A model generated the notes under the pieces. It was not told where the DNA came from, did not search any database, and worked only from the letters and a program-made list of their open reading frames with translations. The translations under genes and the position numbers were made by a program. A stretch of DNA of 51,088 bases from a virus: positions 1-51,088 of IMG/VR virus record IMGVR_UViG_3300039098_000044; one strand, written 5' to 3'. Below are positions 28,360 to 37,915 of the stretch, piece by piece; position 1 is the first letter of the stretch, and each line of letters begins with the position of its first letter.

Positions 28360-30120
28360 CTATCTTGATACTTCTTTGTTTGGTGAATCATGATTTGTAT
28401 TACTAGAATCTTCTTGAGGAATATATGCCTCATCAAGTCCTTGCAATGCCATTTGTAAAGCTATTGCTAAAGCCATTACTCTGTCATCATGACAACCAAG
28501 TTGGGCATTTGTAGAACCACTAGGTTCAATTACATAACTCATAAGTTCTTTTATAAGTTCTTTATCATATATCTTTAAATATATCTCTCTAATAAATTCA
28601 GCTAATCTATTTATCATTAGTGGTTTTGTCTTTTTTCCTGTATTCCAACCTAATGACTTAGACCTCTTATCTGTTATTTGATCATATCTTGTTTCATAGA
28701 ATATATTCCAATATTCCATTTTTTTAATTACATTTAAAACTGTGTATCCATGATTATTTTTTTCAACACCTAAGAATGCATTTCCATAGTATCTAGCAAG
28801 TTTAATTAATTCAATACCAAATAGGTCTGGGTCAATATGTCCATGCCATACAGCAACAATATCAAATTTCTGATTTAATACATAAGCACAACTATAGTCA
28901 CCAGTCATTAATCCTTCGGCAACATCAGCACCAATATAATATTGGTCATGTCTTTGTGGTTGCTCCCATATTTCTACATAACCTCTGTCATCTTGTCTAA
29001 ATTTTATAGCACCAAGTTTTGAGTCGATATAACCTAGTTCACCCCTTTTAGCAACTGTAAGATACTTTCTCAAAACAGGTATACTAAACTTAGGTCTACC
29101 AGAACTTAGGAAGGCTTCTCTATCATTGATAGGAAACTCTTGTTTAAATATATCAGTATCACCAAAACATTTATTTGCTATGGCCCACCTTCTCCAATTC
29201 AACTGTTCCCAAGTCAAGTTATATTCTTCCATTAACATAAACTCTTCTGTTCTAACAATATCTTCTTTATAATCAACAAAACTTCTACTAACTTCTTCTA
29301 TTAAAGTTTGTTTATGAGCTTCAGATTTAAATGGCTTAGTACAAGTTGGATCAAATGACCAAGGTAAAAATATAGGTATAAAATCACACGTAGGATCATT
29401 CTTAGCTAATAACCATTGCTCATGATAATATCCACCAATACCATTGGCTGTTGATTCAATTACTATCATAGTATTCATTGCATCAGGTACTGTTTGTATT
29501 AGAGCTGCAACTGTCTTCTCAGGATTTGGGAAGAAGGCTGCCTCAGATACATGAACATTATGATAAGTACCAGAACGTCCGGCTTCTTTAACGTTAGCTG
29601 TACCTATTGCGAACTTACTTCTAAGTCCTGGGTCAGCGTCATTTCTTTCAACTGAATCTTTATCTGGATTCTCAAATACTAAAGCTTTCTCATTACTTTT
29701 AGATTTCAATGGTCTAATTATTCTAGGTAATTCATCATAATATAATTTACTCATATTAAATAAGTTTGTTGATGCATCACCTTCATGTGCTATTATATAT
29801 GTACTTTTAAATTTATTAACCGCTGTATCATGAAACATCATAGCCTCAGTCCAAGTACTTATACCTTGCTGTCGGCTCTTTAGAAATATAAATCTAGGAA
29901 TATTACCATCTCTCATACATTCTAAATATTTTGTGTAAGCAAGTATCTGAGCTTTATTAAATATAAATGGAATTAATTGAGCCTCCTTATTTTTAATCTT
30001 AAGGAAGTTCTCAATATACCATTTTTTATCATGAACAATTCTCCATCGGATTACTTGCTCTTTAGTAAGCTTCTTAGGAGGTATTAAGTATAAAGTTTTT
30101 TTATTCCACTTATATTTCAT
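28360..30120 (-). CDS. terminase large subunit
   Basis: 586 aa; ATPase-like FLKSRQQGISTW and VIESTANG; C-terminal nuclease-like GADVAEG ... CHDDRVMAL; precedes the portal gene. Confidence 0.8.
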   Translation of the reverse strand: MKYKWNKKTLYLIPPKKLTKEQVIRWRIVHDKKWYIENFLKIKNKEAQLIPFIFNKAQILAYTKYLECMRDGNIPRFIFLKSRQQGISTWTEAMMFHDTAVNKFKSTYIIAHEGDASTNLFNMSKLYYDELPRIIRPLKSKSNEKALVFENPDKDSVERNDADPGLRSKFAIGTANVKEAGRSGTYHNVHVSEAAFFPNPEKTVAALIQTVPDAMNTMIVIESTANGIGGYYHEQWLLAKNDPTCDFIPIFLPWSFDPTCTKPFKSEAHKQTLIEEVSRSFVDYKEDIVRTEEFMLMEEYNLTWEQLNWRRWAIANKCFGDTDIFKQEFPINDREAFLSSGRPKFSIPVLRKYLTVAKRGELGYIDSKLGAIKFRQDDRGYVEIWEQPQRHDQYYIGADVAEGLMTGDYSCAYVLNQKFDIVAVWHGHIDPDLFGIELIKLARYYGNAFLGVEKNNHGYTVLNVIKKMEYWNIFYETRYDQITDKRSKSLGWNTGKKTKPLMINRLAEFIREIYLKIYDKELIKELMSYVIEPSGSTNAQLGCHDDRVMALAIALQMALQGLDEAYIPQEDSSNTNHDSPNKEVSR

Positions 30121-30129
30121 TATTCCCTC

Positions 30130-30603
30130 CTATATTTTTTGAAGAACTACATTTAAAGTCTCTATAGCCATTATCTTACCAGCTACATCACATTTTGCAA
30201 ATACCTGGAAGATATCTCCATTCTCAACGTCAATTAAACCTGTTATAGAAATATTCTCAGTCCTAGATTGATTGCTAAATCCATGAGGTGTTTCTGTTCC
30301 TAATATAGGTGAGCCGTTTTTATATAATATATATGATACGTGTACTACAGTTGCACTATCAATTGAAACATCTGACGTACCATCTACCCTAATAACACCA
30401 TCTTCACCGTTATAAGTTAAAGTTCCATCTACACCTGATGTAAATTTATATGATAATCCAGCATCAGTAAATACGCCAGGTATCGCATAATAAGTATCGT
30501 CTGCTATAAATGTTAAATTGTCTGCTACTATTAATGCAAAAAACCCTCTATATCTCAATCCATCCATTTCTATACCTGTGTTATTTGATTCATGTGCCAT
30601 CAC
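30130..30603 (-). CDS. hypothetical protein, MAHESN paralog A
   Basis: N-terminus MMAHESNNTG is shared with 30612..31082. Confidence 0.55.
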   Translation of the reverse strand: MMAHESNNTGIEMDGLRYRGFFALIVADNLTFIADDTYYAIPGVFTDAGLSYKFTSGVDGTLTYNGEDGVIRVDGTSDVSIDSATVVHVSYILYKNGSPILGTETPHGFSNQSRTENISITGLIDVENGDIFQVFAKCDVAGKIMAIETLNVVLQKI

Positions 30604-30611
30604 TTCACCCC

Positions 30612-31082
30612 CTAGTTAAAGTGTAATACTATTTTAGCAAGCACATCTGTACCAGCTACTTTAGTTTCTATACAATGTCCTATCTCTTGAAAATGTTCTT
30701 GAAGTTGTGGAAGAGTACCACCACTAGGTAATTCTAATGTTGCATCTGCTCTACCGTCTGTGTCAGAAGCTTTTACCCAATTACCAGTAGTTGAGGTTGT
30801 AGTATCTTTTAATAATACCTCTGCTATTCCAGAAACCACCACCCAACAATCTTCACCATCAGCTATTCCATCTTCATATATTATACCGATACAATCATAT
30901 AGGTCAGATAGTATTTCAAATCCATCTTCGGTTGTTTCATTTGCCTCCACAAGTGTACCTTTAACTGATGGGGCTCCAGTTAGGTTTTTAAGTTTAATTG
31001 CCCTACCACCAATAGGTGTATTGAAACTATTCGTTAATTGTTCATCTAAAAAATCACCTGTTAAATTCGATTCATGAGCCAT
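30612..31082 (-). CDS. hypothetical protein, MAHESN paralog B
   Basis: N-terminus MAHESNLTG; ATGA-type overlap with the upstream gene. Confidence 0.55.
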   Translation of the reverse strand: MAHESNLTGDFLDEQLTNSFNTPIGGRAIKLKNLTGAPSVKGTLVEANETTEDGFEILSDLYDCIGIIYEDGIADGEDCWVVVSGIAEVLLKDTTTSTTGNWVKASDTDGRADATLELPSGGTLPQLQEHFQEIGHCIETKVAGTDVLAKIVLHFN

Positions 31083-31738
31083 TAGCTAAAAGTCACCCCC
31101 TCTTTCAATACCATAAATGGAACAAAAGTACCAGTACCATCATCCACAAGATATAGTTCATATTCTCCACTACCTTCTGAAGTTTGTACAAGATAAAATT
31201 CATTTAATTCAAAGTATTCTCTAAATCTAGAATCACAACCTGAATTTCTTACTATTGCTTCAGATGTGAAACCTATTGTTTGTTTATTTATAGTTACCCA
31301 TAATTGTTGATTAGTTATATTATCTAAAGTATCAAATGCTAATATTTTAATATCTTCATTTGCTTCATATAATATATTTGTTGTATCAGCATCATATACA
31401 TCTTGGAAAAACGCTGATATTTTTATATATGTGCCAGCTTCAAAGTCTCCACCAGTAGGTGTACCTGCAACATCACATACTACGAAATCATAGTTATCAG
31501 CAAGTACATCTGTTTCTGGTTCCACTAAAAGCATTAATCCACATTCAACCAATAAAGCAAGTTCAGTATTACCCCATAAATACCACATATTATTATGATA
31601 AACATAAACAGCCTGTGGATCGTCCATTACTAATAATACTGCTCCTTCTTTTTGTTTTGGCACTGGTATTCCTACTTCTGCGGATAATTGTGAATTTAGG
31701 CATCTAGTTGTACTAATATCAATTATATTCTTTGCCAT
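31082..31738 (-). CDS. hypothetical structural protein; N-terminus paralogous to 32209..32382
   Basis: MAKNIIDISTTRCLN..PKQKEGAVLLVMDDPQAVYVYH compared with MALNIIDISFQTCLN..PKQTEGMILLVVDDPQAVYIYH. Confidence 0.5.
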   Translation of the reverse strand: MAKNIIDISTTRCLNSQLSAEVGIPVPKQKEGAVLLVMDDPQAVYVYHNNMWYLWGNTELALLVECGLMLLVEPETDVLADNYDFVVCDVAGTPTGGDFEAGTYIKISAFFQDVYDADTTNILYEANEDIKILAFDTLDNITNQQLWVTINKQTIGFTSEAIVRNSGCDSRFREYFELNEFYLVQTSEGSGEYELYLVDDGTGTFVPFMVLKEGVTFS

Positions 31739-32196
31739 TATAATACCTCCACAGAAGTTACAATTTGTGAACCAACTGTAGACATATAAAACGCTACTGT
31801 ATTAACTCCCGCAGGAATTGTAAATTCATATTCATATGGTGCAGATGGGTCGGCTGATAAATCTGAATATGCACCTGCAACATAAGCAACAGATGAAGTA
31901 CCGCCACCTTGAATTGGCAATTCACTAATTAATTCAACTAGACCAGCAAATCTAAACCTATCACCATTTGAAGATTCTGTAACTCTTATAACGTCGTTAA
32001 CACTTAAAGTACTTACATCAATTAATATAGTTAATAAACCAGCACCTTGATCGTTAAATATAACATTTGGACTAGCTACAAAAGTACTAGTTCTATATGT
32101 TCCATCCCATAACACGGCTGGTTCTTCTTCTGCACCACCTTGTTTTAATTTTCCTAATATTCCGAGGCCGATCGGATTAAATAAATTATATCCCAT
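31738..32196 (-). CDS. fibre-like protein; C-terminal domain paralogous to tail fibre 19799..20674
   Basis: ..VTESSNGDRFRFAG..SAPYEYEFTIPAGVNTV..QIVTSVEVL compared with ..ITQSSNNGRYKICG..SAPYEYEYTIVAGTNTI..GIVTSVEVL. Confidence 0.5.
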   Translation of the reverse strand: MGYNLFNPIGLGILGKLKQGGAEEEPAVLWDGTYRTSTFVASPNVIFNDQGAGLLTILIDVSTLSVNDVIRVTESSNGDRFRFAGLVELISELPIQGGGTSSVAYVAGAYSDLSADPSAPYEYEFTIPAGVNTVAFYMSTVGSQIVTSVEVL

Positions 32197-32208
32197 TTAT
32201 CTCACCTC

Positions 32209-32382
32209 CTATAATGTCCAAGCAATCCATGCACCATCATGATAAATGTAAACAGCTTGTGGGTCATCTACTACTAATAGAATCATTCCTTCAGTTTGCT
32301 TTGGTTTTGGTAATCCCGCTTCAGCATCCAAATCTGCATTTAAACATGTTTGAAAACTTATATCGATAATATTAAGTGCCAT
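32209..32382 (-). CDS. 57-aa ORF (below the track cutoff), paralog of the N-terminus of 31082..31738
   Basis: Hand translation gives MALNIIDISFQTCLNADLDAEAGLPKPKQTEGMILLVVDDPQAVYIYHDGAWIAWTL; TAATG overlap with the TerS stop. Confidence 0.55.
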   Translation of the reverse strand: MALNIIDISFQTCLNADLDAEAGLPKPKQTEGMILLVVDDPQAVYIYHDGAWIAWTL

Positions 32383-32936
32383 TATTCCTCATCCTCCATA
32401 TTGTCGATATCAATCTCTTCGTCGTCATCGACTTCTTCATATTCAACATCCTCAACATCAACTAAATCTAATATTTGTTGTTCGAATGTTTTAATAGTAA
32501 CTTCCTTTCTAACTTCCTGTTTTGGTTTATGTCCAGCTCTATCAAGTAAATCTTTAGCTGCCTGTAAAGCCACCCCATCGATTGGACTATCAAGTAACTT
32601 AACCATCTTATCTAGAGCTGCTGCACTTGTAGCGTGCATTCTTGCTCTAACAATATTAGCTTCTTCTCTTTGAAAGTCTTCTATATACTTTTTAATATCT
32701 GGATCATTAAACCACTTCCTAACTGTAGAAGATGTAACTTGTAATAAACTAGCTATCTGAGCTGTTGTATGAGTTCCCATTATAAACAATTGAACTGCCC
32801 GACCTATCCTAGGGCTTTTGGTTAACAATATATTTATATAATCCGGATTCTCTTTTGCTATTGTCAATGCTAATTCATCTATTTCTTCTTCAGTGGGTTT
32901 CTCTTTAAGTTTCTCTTTGATTTCTTTTTTATTCAT
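32382..32936 (-). CDS. terminase small subunit (HTH)
   Basis: HTH TAQIASLLQVTSSTVRKWF followed by AAKDLLDRAGHKP and an acidic tail; ATG 32936 has GGAGG 5 nt upstream (track start 32972 has none). Confidence 0.55.
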   Translation of the reverse strand: MNKKEIKEKLKEKPTEEEIDELALTIAKENPDYINILLTKSPRIGRAVQLFIMGTHTTAQIASLLQVTSSTVRKWFNDPDIKKYIEDFQREEANIVRARMHATSAAALDKMVKLLDSPIDGVALQAAKDLLDRAGHKPKQEVRKEVTIKTFEQQILDLVDVEDVEYEEVDDDEEIDIDNMEDEE

Positions 32937-32977
32937 AGTAACCTCCATCGAGGTCTTGATATTCGCCATCATTATAA

Positions 32978-33142
32978 TTAATCATATCGTTCCACCTTTT
33001 CTTTGATGACCTCTAATTCATCTTTCATATCATCCATTTCTTCTGCCATTAGTAAAGATAATTTTTCTAAAAATAATTCATAGTCCATTAAATGAACCTT
33101 TGCATCCTCTATTAATTCCATTACTCTTTCATACACGTTCAT
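32978..33142 (-). CDS. 54-aa helical acidic ORF (below the track cutoff)
   Basis: GGAGGTGACT precedes the ATG; MNVYERVMELIEDAKVHLMDYELFLEKLSLLMAEEMDDMKDELEVIKEKVERYD. Confidence 0.5.
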   Translation of the reverse strand: MNVYERVMELIEDAKVHLMDYELFLEKLSLLMAEEMDDMKDELEVIKEKVERYD

Positions 33143-33169
33143 AGTCACCTCCAACGAATGTCGTTGTAT

Positions 33170-33529
33170 TTATTTTGCCACTTCGTTATCATATATATCC
33201 ACCTGATCAAACCCGTCGTCCTCTATTTCTGAGCTGTGAGTATAAATTCCAGTAGGTGGATTATAATTCTCTTCATCAAAAACCTCAGCAGTATATTTAT
33301 TAAGATCATTAAATTCTTCTATCTCTTTTCCAGAGCCCTGCATAGGAACTCTATAAACATCTGCTAGGTCAGCATAGTTCATTTTAACACTCTCTGGTGG
33401 GCCAGAATTATCGCTCTTATGAGTCAGTATATAAATCTTATTATAAAGCTTAGTTCTCAACTCAGTAGAATTATTATACATATATAACATCAACACACAT
33501 ATAACTAAAAACTTAATTATTACAAGCAT
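33170..33529 (-). CDS. membrane-anchored hypothetical protein
   Basis: N-terminal TM helix MLVIIKFLVICVLMLYMY. Confidence 0.55.
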   Translation of the reverse strand: MLVIIKFLVICVLMLYMYNNSTELRTKLYNKIYILTHKSDNSGPPESVKMNYADLADVYRVPMQGSGKEIEEFNDLNKYTAEVFDEENYNPPTGIYTHSSEIEDDGFDQVDIYDNEVAK

Positions 33530-33846
33530 TCACTCACCCCTGTTACTCTAATGTAACTTGATATGAACCGAATTAGTTCTACTAGTTCTTCACTTCCACC
33601 AGGTTGTTCAGGAGTATTACCACTCTCATATAACAATGCATGAATAATCTCATGTTCTAATAATTCCTGGCGGTAGGCCTCTGAATGTAAAACTCCTTCT
33701 TCACTTCTACGCGGGATACATATAACTTTTGTTATAAGATCACAATAAGCATCAGCATTAGAATCATTCATATCAGGATCAGAATCTAATAATCTATCTG
33801 GCTCAATAATAGAATAGACTTTGTGAAGTATCATTATTTTTTTCAT
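33520..33846 (-). CDS. small HExxH metallopeptidase-like protein; first gene of the minus-strand operon
   Basis: LLEHEIIHALLYESG. Confidence 0.45.
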   Translation of the reverse strand: MKKIMILHKVYSIIEPDRLLDSDPDMNDSNADAYCDLITKVICIPRRSEEGVLHSEAYRQELLEHEIIHALLYESGNTPEQPGGSEELVELIRFISSYIRVTGVSECL

Positions 33847-34087
33847 TGTATTGTCCTCGTTGGGCTCAATGGCCTTGATAATAGTTTTAATATTCCAAGA
33901 TTTGCTTTCTCAAGAATATCAATTTTGTGTTGCTTCATTGTTACTTTAATATAGTTATTGCTAATATCTTTAAAACCTCAGTGGGCCTTGATATTCTTAA
34001 GTAGTTCATTCAATCCTTATTTTGTGATTGTTATTTAATAAGTATCGGCTTGTCCTACCATCTCTAGTATATCATATTTTTTAGCAT

Positions 34088-34115
34088 TTGTCAATAGCTC
34101 GTCTTCCGATATACT
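34088..34115 (+). promoter_or_regulatory. sigma70-like promoter facing the G+C-rich island and early genes
   Basis: TTGTCA, 16-nt spacer, TATACT; the 11-mer GCATTTGTCAA recurs at 9883..9893. Confidence 0.4.
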
Positions 34116-34149
34116 TTAGGTTTACAGTAGGCCCAAGTATTCCCAAGTA

Positions 34150-34535
34150 ATATAACCTTCTTTTGAGCCCGCCATAATACCCTCGGAAGGCCTCCCCTGG
34201 GTGTAAAATTTTTCATAATTTTTTCGTTGGGATTTTCTTAGGGTATCGGGTGTGTGAAGGGATAATAGTAATACCCACGCCCAGGTCTAACCGGATATGA
34301 AGTACCCACTTTCCGCCCCCCGGGCCTCCGTAAGCTCGCTACAGGCTCTCCGTAGTCCCTGGTCAAGTCTTTGAAGTGGGTTGTGTAGGGAGGCACATTT
34401 CAACCCCACAAAAGCCTTATTCAACCCACCTAGAGGCCAAATCAACCTTATTCAAGGTCATCTGCTGACTCATTGTTGGTTTTGATCTAGGTTTGTAAAG
34501 GTTTATCTGATGGCTTCGCCATGTGCTTCGCACTG
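34150..34535. ncRNA. G+C-rich structured island, candidate non-coding RNA or long structured leader (class unknown)
   Basis: No ORF of 60 aa or more in any frame over 33847..34656; clearly higher G+C than flanks; helices 34196-34204/34277-34285, 34241-46/34271-76, 34376-83/34401-09; twin mini-hairpins 34511-21 and 34523-33. Confidence 0.4.
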
Positions 34536-34656
34536 TAATATATTGATGCTTGCTCAAAGTAATTAAACACTCATAATGTCCTAGTAGTCATAGCCTAGCA
34601 TACTACGTATGCAATGATGTGGTCAACTTTAACCTATTATCCAAAGGAGGATAAAC

Positions 34657-34920
34657 ATGAAAAACTTAATTATCAAATTAGTTGTATTAACAGGATTATC
34701 AGCACTTACAGTGAAGATCACAATGATCGTATTTGCAATAGCATTACTGGTTGCAATAGTCTTAATCATCATTCATATGAGTAAGCGAAACAAACAATCA
34801 GAAATCACTATTAACAAAGAAGCAATGACATTCACCCATATAGGGTCTGATGTAGAACTAACAATCATCTCAGAAGAGCATCTTGCTTTTCTAGAAGATA
34901 GATTCAACGTAACTAACTAA
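34657..34920 (+). CDS. early membrane protein
   Basis: SD aaaggagg; long hydrophobic N-terminal half. Confidence 0.6.
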   Translation: MKNLIIKLVVLTGLSALTVKITMIVFAIALLVAIVLIIIHMSKRNKQSEITINKEAMTFTHIGSDVELTIISEEHLAFLEDRFNVTN

Positions 34921-34939
34921 TCAAGACTGGGAGGTCATC

Positions 34940-35257
34940 ATGAAACTGTTCACAAATCAAAAACTAAATGCAATGGTTAACGTAGCAAACACAATTGCAA
35001 CCCGCACCCAAGACCCACACAAAATCAAAGAAGTTATCGACTATGTCGATGCAATGCCTCATTGTCAAGCAAAGCATTATCTTGAGTCAGTAATCTTCAC
35101 ATGGGTTCAATTAGGAAAACCAGGCACAGCTTATCAGCTTTGCATGAGTTTATCTTATGAACTCTCTCAATCAGTTAAGTTAACTAAACAAGATACAATT
35201 AACCTTGTTAATCTTGAGAACGCTATACTCAAAATGAAAGGAGTTCACCATGCCTAA
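34940..35257 (+). CDS. hypothetical early protein
   Basis: SD gggagg upstream. Confidence 0.6.
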   Translation: MKLFTNQKLNAMVNVANTIATRTQDPHKIKEVIDYVDAMPHCQAKHYLESVIFTWVQLGKPGTAYQLCMSLSYELSQSVKLTKQDTINLVNLENAILKMKGVHHA

Positions 35258-35435
35258 TAATTCTCCACAACTTGAAGATCACTTTGTTATCGAAAGAACT
35301 ATAGTACAATTAGAACAACTCGAAGGGATGATCGACTCCGGTCATCACCTTCAATGGGCTATATGGAAACATGCAGAATATTATGCATTACTCACATTTG
35401 AGATAGATGCATTATCATCTCAAGACTGGATATAA
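35250..35435 (+). CDS. hypothetical early protein
   Basis: SD aggag upstream, overlaps the previous stop. Confidence 0.55.
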   Translation: MPNNSPQLEDHFVIERTIVQLEQLEGMIDSGHHLQWAIWKHAEYYALLTFEIDALSSQDWI

Positions 35436-35457
35436 ACTCAATAAATTAGGAGGTCTT

Positions 35458-35679
35458 ATGAAAAACTTACAAACACTAATGGCAGTGGAATTCAATAAAA
35501 ACTACCCAGCAACATGGGGAGAGCATTACATGGTATTAAGAGAAATGTCTGCAATAGTAACATCTAAATCAGAATATATGAATTTAGCAAGAACAATCAT
35601 GCCAAAATTAGGATTTCCTAATATGCAAGATTGGCAATACGAACAGGCGTGGATTGATCAAAACTCAGAGGAGGTCTAA
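35458..35679 (+). CDS. hypothetical early protein
   Basis: ATG 35458 preceded by taggagg. Confidence 0.55.
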   Translation: MKNLQTLMAVEFNKNYPATWGEHYMVLREMSAIVTSKSEYMNLARTIMPKLGFPNMQDWQYEQAWIDQNSEEV

Positions 35680-36042
35680 ATGTTATACTACAGGGTAGAA
35701 ATTTATGACAAAGAAGAAGAAAAATGGAATGGCTTATTTTCAATGCACATATTAGATGATCAAAATATACTTGTAGATTCACCAGCATATAAGCACTTTG
35801 AAAAAGATTTACCATGCATCAACCCTCATAGATTCTTTAAGAATCATAACAAACATTGTCATTGTTATTTCACCAATCATGGAGTATCAGAATTCAAAGA
35901 TGATATCAGATATTTCATGAATATATACGCAGAGAATAACATCGAAACACGATTAATCGTAGTGGATAAGAAACAATATCCGGCAACATATATAGACGAC
36001 TATCAGGTTGTCTTAGCAGATGGAGAGGAGATTAAATCATGA
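35680..36042 (+). CDS. hypothetical early protein
   Basis: SD gaggagg upstream. Confidence 0.6.
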   Translation: MLYYRVEIYDKEEEKWNGLFSMHILDDQNILVDSPAYKHFEKDLPCINPHRFFKNHNKHCHCYFTNHGVSEFKDDIRYFMNIYAENNIETRLIVVDKKQYPATYIDDYQVVLADGEEIKS

Positions 36043-36344
36043 AACATCTTGATGTAAAATTCAATATTATCCAAAAAGAACACTCATTCACACCCAACAT
36101 CATACTTTCAGTAGGTCCTATCGAGGAGTTAGAAGTAACTCCCGATGAGCTTGCTCAAATGGTATGTGCTCAATGCAATGCACACTTACAATTTGATATC
36201 ACAAAGAATTGGTTCGCTCATGCGTTACTAAGCCAAACTAATTTATTAGATGGCTATATATTCTTTAAAACACTGGTTAAATTAACTGGTGATCCCAATA
36301 TCGACTATGGCACAGAAGAACTTGTTATTTGTGCTAGGAGATAG
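36039..36344 (+). CDS. hypothetical early protein
   Basis: ATGA overlap; SD ggagagg. Confidence 0.6.
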   Translation: MKHLDVKFNIIQKEHSFTPNIILSVGPIEELEVTPDELAQMVCAQCNAHLQFDITKNWFAHALLSQTNLLDGYIFFKTLVKLTGDPNIDYGTEELVICARR

Positions 36345-36670
36345 TGTTGCCTTCGGCAAGCATTAGAAAGGCATTTCAAACAGTGAACCTTAACTCAAAA
36401 CATAAAGGAGATATCGTGGATAAAACAGTTGGTGATTCAAACAACGTTTTCTATATAGCGTCAACAAATATTAACTCCCTCAAAGAAGGGGGAGTTGAAG
36501 TAGAATTCGAAGCTCGTAAAGATACACGTTCAGCAGAGAGAGTATTCTTTGATAAAATCAAAGAACATCCCAAGGTTAAATTGGGCTCTGACGAATGTGT
36601 CGAAATGGTAACAAAACCCGATGGTTGTTTGGATTGTCCAAACTTCGTAAAATGTATGTTAAACAAATAA
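36344..36670 (+). CDS. hypothetical early protein (GTG or TTG start)
   Basis: AGGAG upstream; stem-loop TTGCC ttc GGCAA at the start. Confidence 0.5.
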   Translation: MLPSASIRKAFQTVNLNSKHKGDIVDKTVGDSNNVFYIASTNINSLKEGGVEVEFEARKDTRSAERVFFDKIKEHPKVKLGSDECVEMVTKPDGCLDCPNFVKCMLNK

Positions 36671-36694
36671 TCTATCTCTTGAAAGGAGAATAAC

Positions 36695-37909
36695 ATGAAA
36701 ACATTAACTAATTATGAGGATATCGTTGCATTATTAAACTCAGAAAAAGCACCTGAAGAAGCTCCTAAAAGAGCCGGAGTAGCAACTGACAAGGCTCAAG
36801 CATTTTATGTTAAGCAATGTAAACTAAAAGGCGTTGAACCTATGGAAGGTTACGACGAGCTTACTGGAGCTAACTTAACTATTCAAATCAAAGAAGTACA
36901 AAAGCTTCCCAACTTTGCACCAGTCACAGATGGTCAAATTGTAGCAATTAAAAAACGATTTGCTAAATGTAGAATGGAAGAGCCAGACGAATCTTTATTC
37001 GTAGGTATGAGTATTACTCAAGCATCATCGATGATTAATAAGCTTGATGATTTATTCCAAGATAAATGGTCACATATTCCTACACCTGGTCAAATAGAGT
37101 TCGTTACAAAAATCATGATGTGCCCTGATACTGATTCATCAGTATTATATAATGCACCTCAAGAGGTCATTGATACTCTAATCGATGCAGAAGCACAGAT
37201 TGAACTCAACACAGCAGTTGTAAATAAAGCTCTTAATATTAAACAAGATATCATCCTTAAAAAGGTTGAAGGTAATCTTGAAGATATTAAGAAAGCTATT
37301 GCAGATGCTGAATCAGTAATCGCAACTTATCAAGGAGTAGTAGTTGAATGTCAAGCTACTATAGAAATATGTAAAGAAGCATTCTCATTTGAGAACGTAT
37401 CATTCCAACAATGTTCTGATTATATTCAAAAGAATAAAGCTACTTATTATAAGTGGGCTAAAGATAGAGCATCTGAAGGTCAACGTGATCTAATTAATAA
37501 ATTAAGAAAACGTGTAGGAGACCCAGAGCTTGATTTAGAAACTCTTATGCAATTTAATAAAAACACTGCTGGTAAATACATCACTCAATTAGAGTCTGAA
37601 TCAGGTCCACTTCCAAGTACTCTTAATTTAGAAAAAGAGCACGAGGATATAGACAGAGATTTAAACTTCCCTAAAACATTGGCTGACGCTGAAGAAGCAT
37701 TCCATAAGAATGTAGTTGGCGTTATTCACAGCTTATGTGCTGTAATGGGTCAACATGCAGATGAAAACGGTATCTTTGAATCAGGTAACTTCGAAGCTGA
37801 ATTTATTGATCTAATTCAAGAAGCTTACATCTTCACAGAAAAAGGTGATATGATCGACTTACTTGCTCCTGTAATGAGCAAAGAAGATGTTGAAACAATT
37901 ATTAAATAA
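36695..37909 (+). CDS. hypothetical acidic 404-aa early protein
   Basis: SD aaaggag; followed by a strong terminator. Confidence 0.65.
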   Translation: MKTLTNYEDIVALLNSEKAPEEAPKRAGVATDKAQAFYVKQCKLKGVEPMEGYDELTGANLTIQIKEVQKLPNFAPVTDGQIVAIKKRFAKCRMEEPDESLFVGMSITQASSMINKLDDLFQDKWSHIPTPGQIEFVTKIMMCPDTDSSVLYNAPQEVIDTLIDAEAQIELNTAVVNKALNIKQDIILKKVEGNLEDIKKAIADAESVIATYQGVVVECQATIEICKEAFSFENVSFQQCSDYIQKNKATYYKWAKDRASEGQRDLINKLRKRVGDPELDLETLMQFNKNTAGKYITQLESESGPLPSTLNLEKEHEDIDRDLNFPKTLADAEEAFHKNVVGVIHSLCAVMGQHADENGIFESGNFEAEFIDLIQEAYIFTEKGDMIDLLAPVMSKEDVETIIK

Positions 37910-37915
37910 TTAATT

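Noticed and set aside
12248-33846. Stop-codon reassignment (TAG or TGA recoding), as seen in some gut phages with tRNA clusters
   Set aside because: Late and early genes are all long and uninterrupted under the standard code. TAA, TAG and TGA are each used as terminators at sensible gene ends. None of the confidently folded tRNAs has a suppressor anticodon.
34505-34535. Hammerhead-like CUGAUG sequence followed by hairpins
   Set aside because: The core is CTGATGG, not CUGANGA, and no GAAA or cleavage-site triplet lies in the required positions. It is better described as two tandem UUC-loop mini-hairpins.
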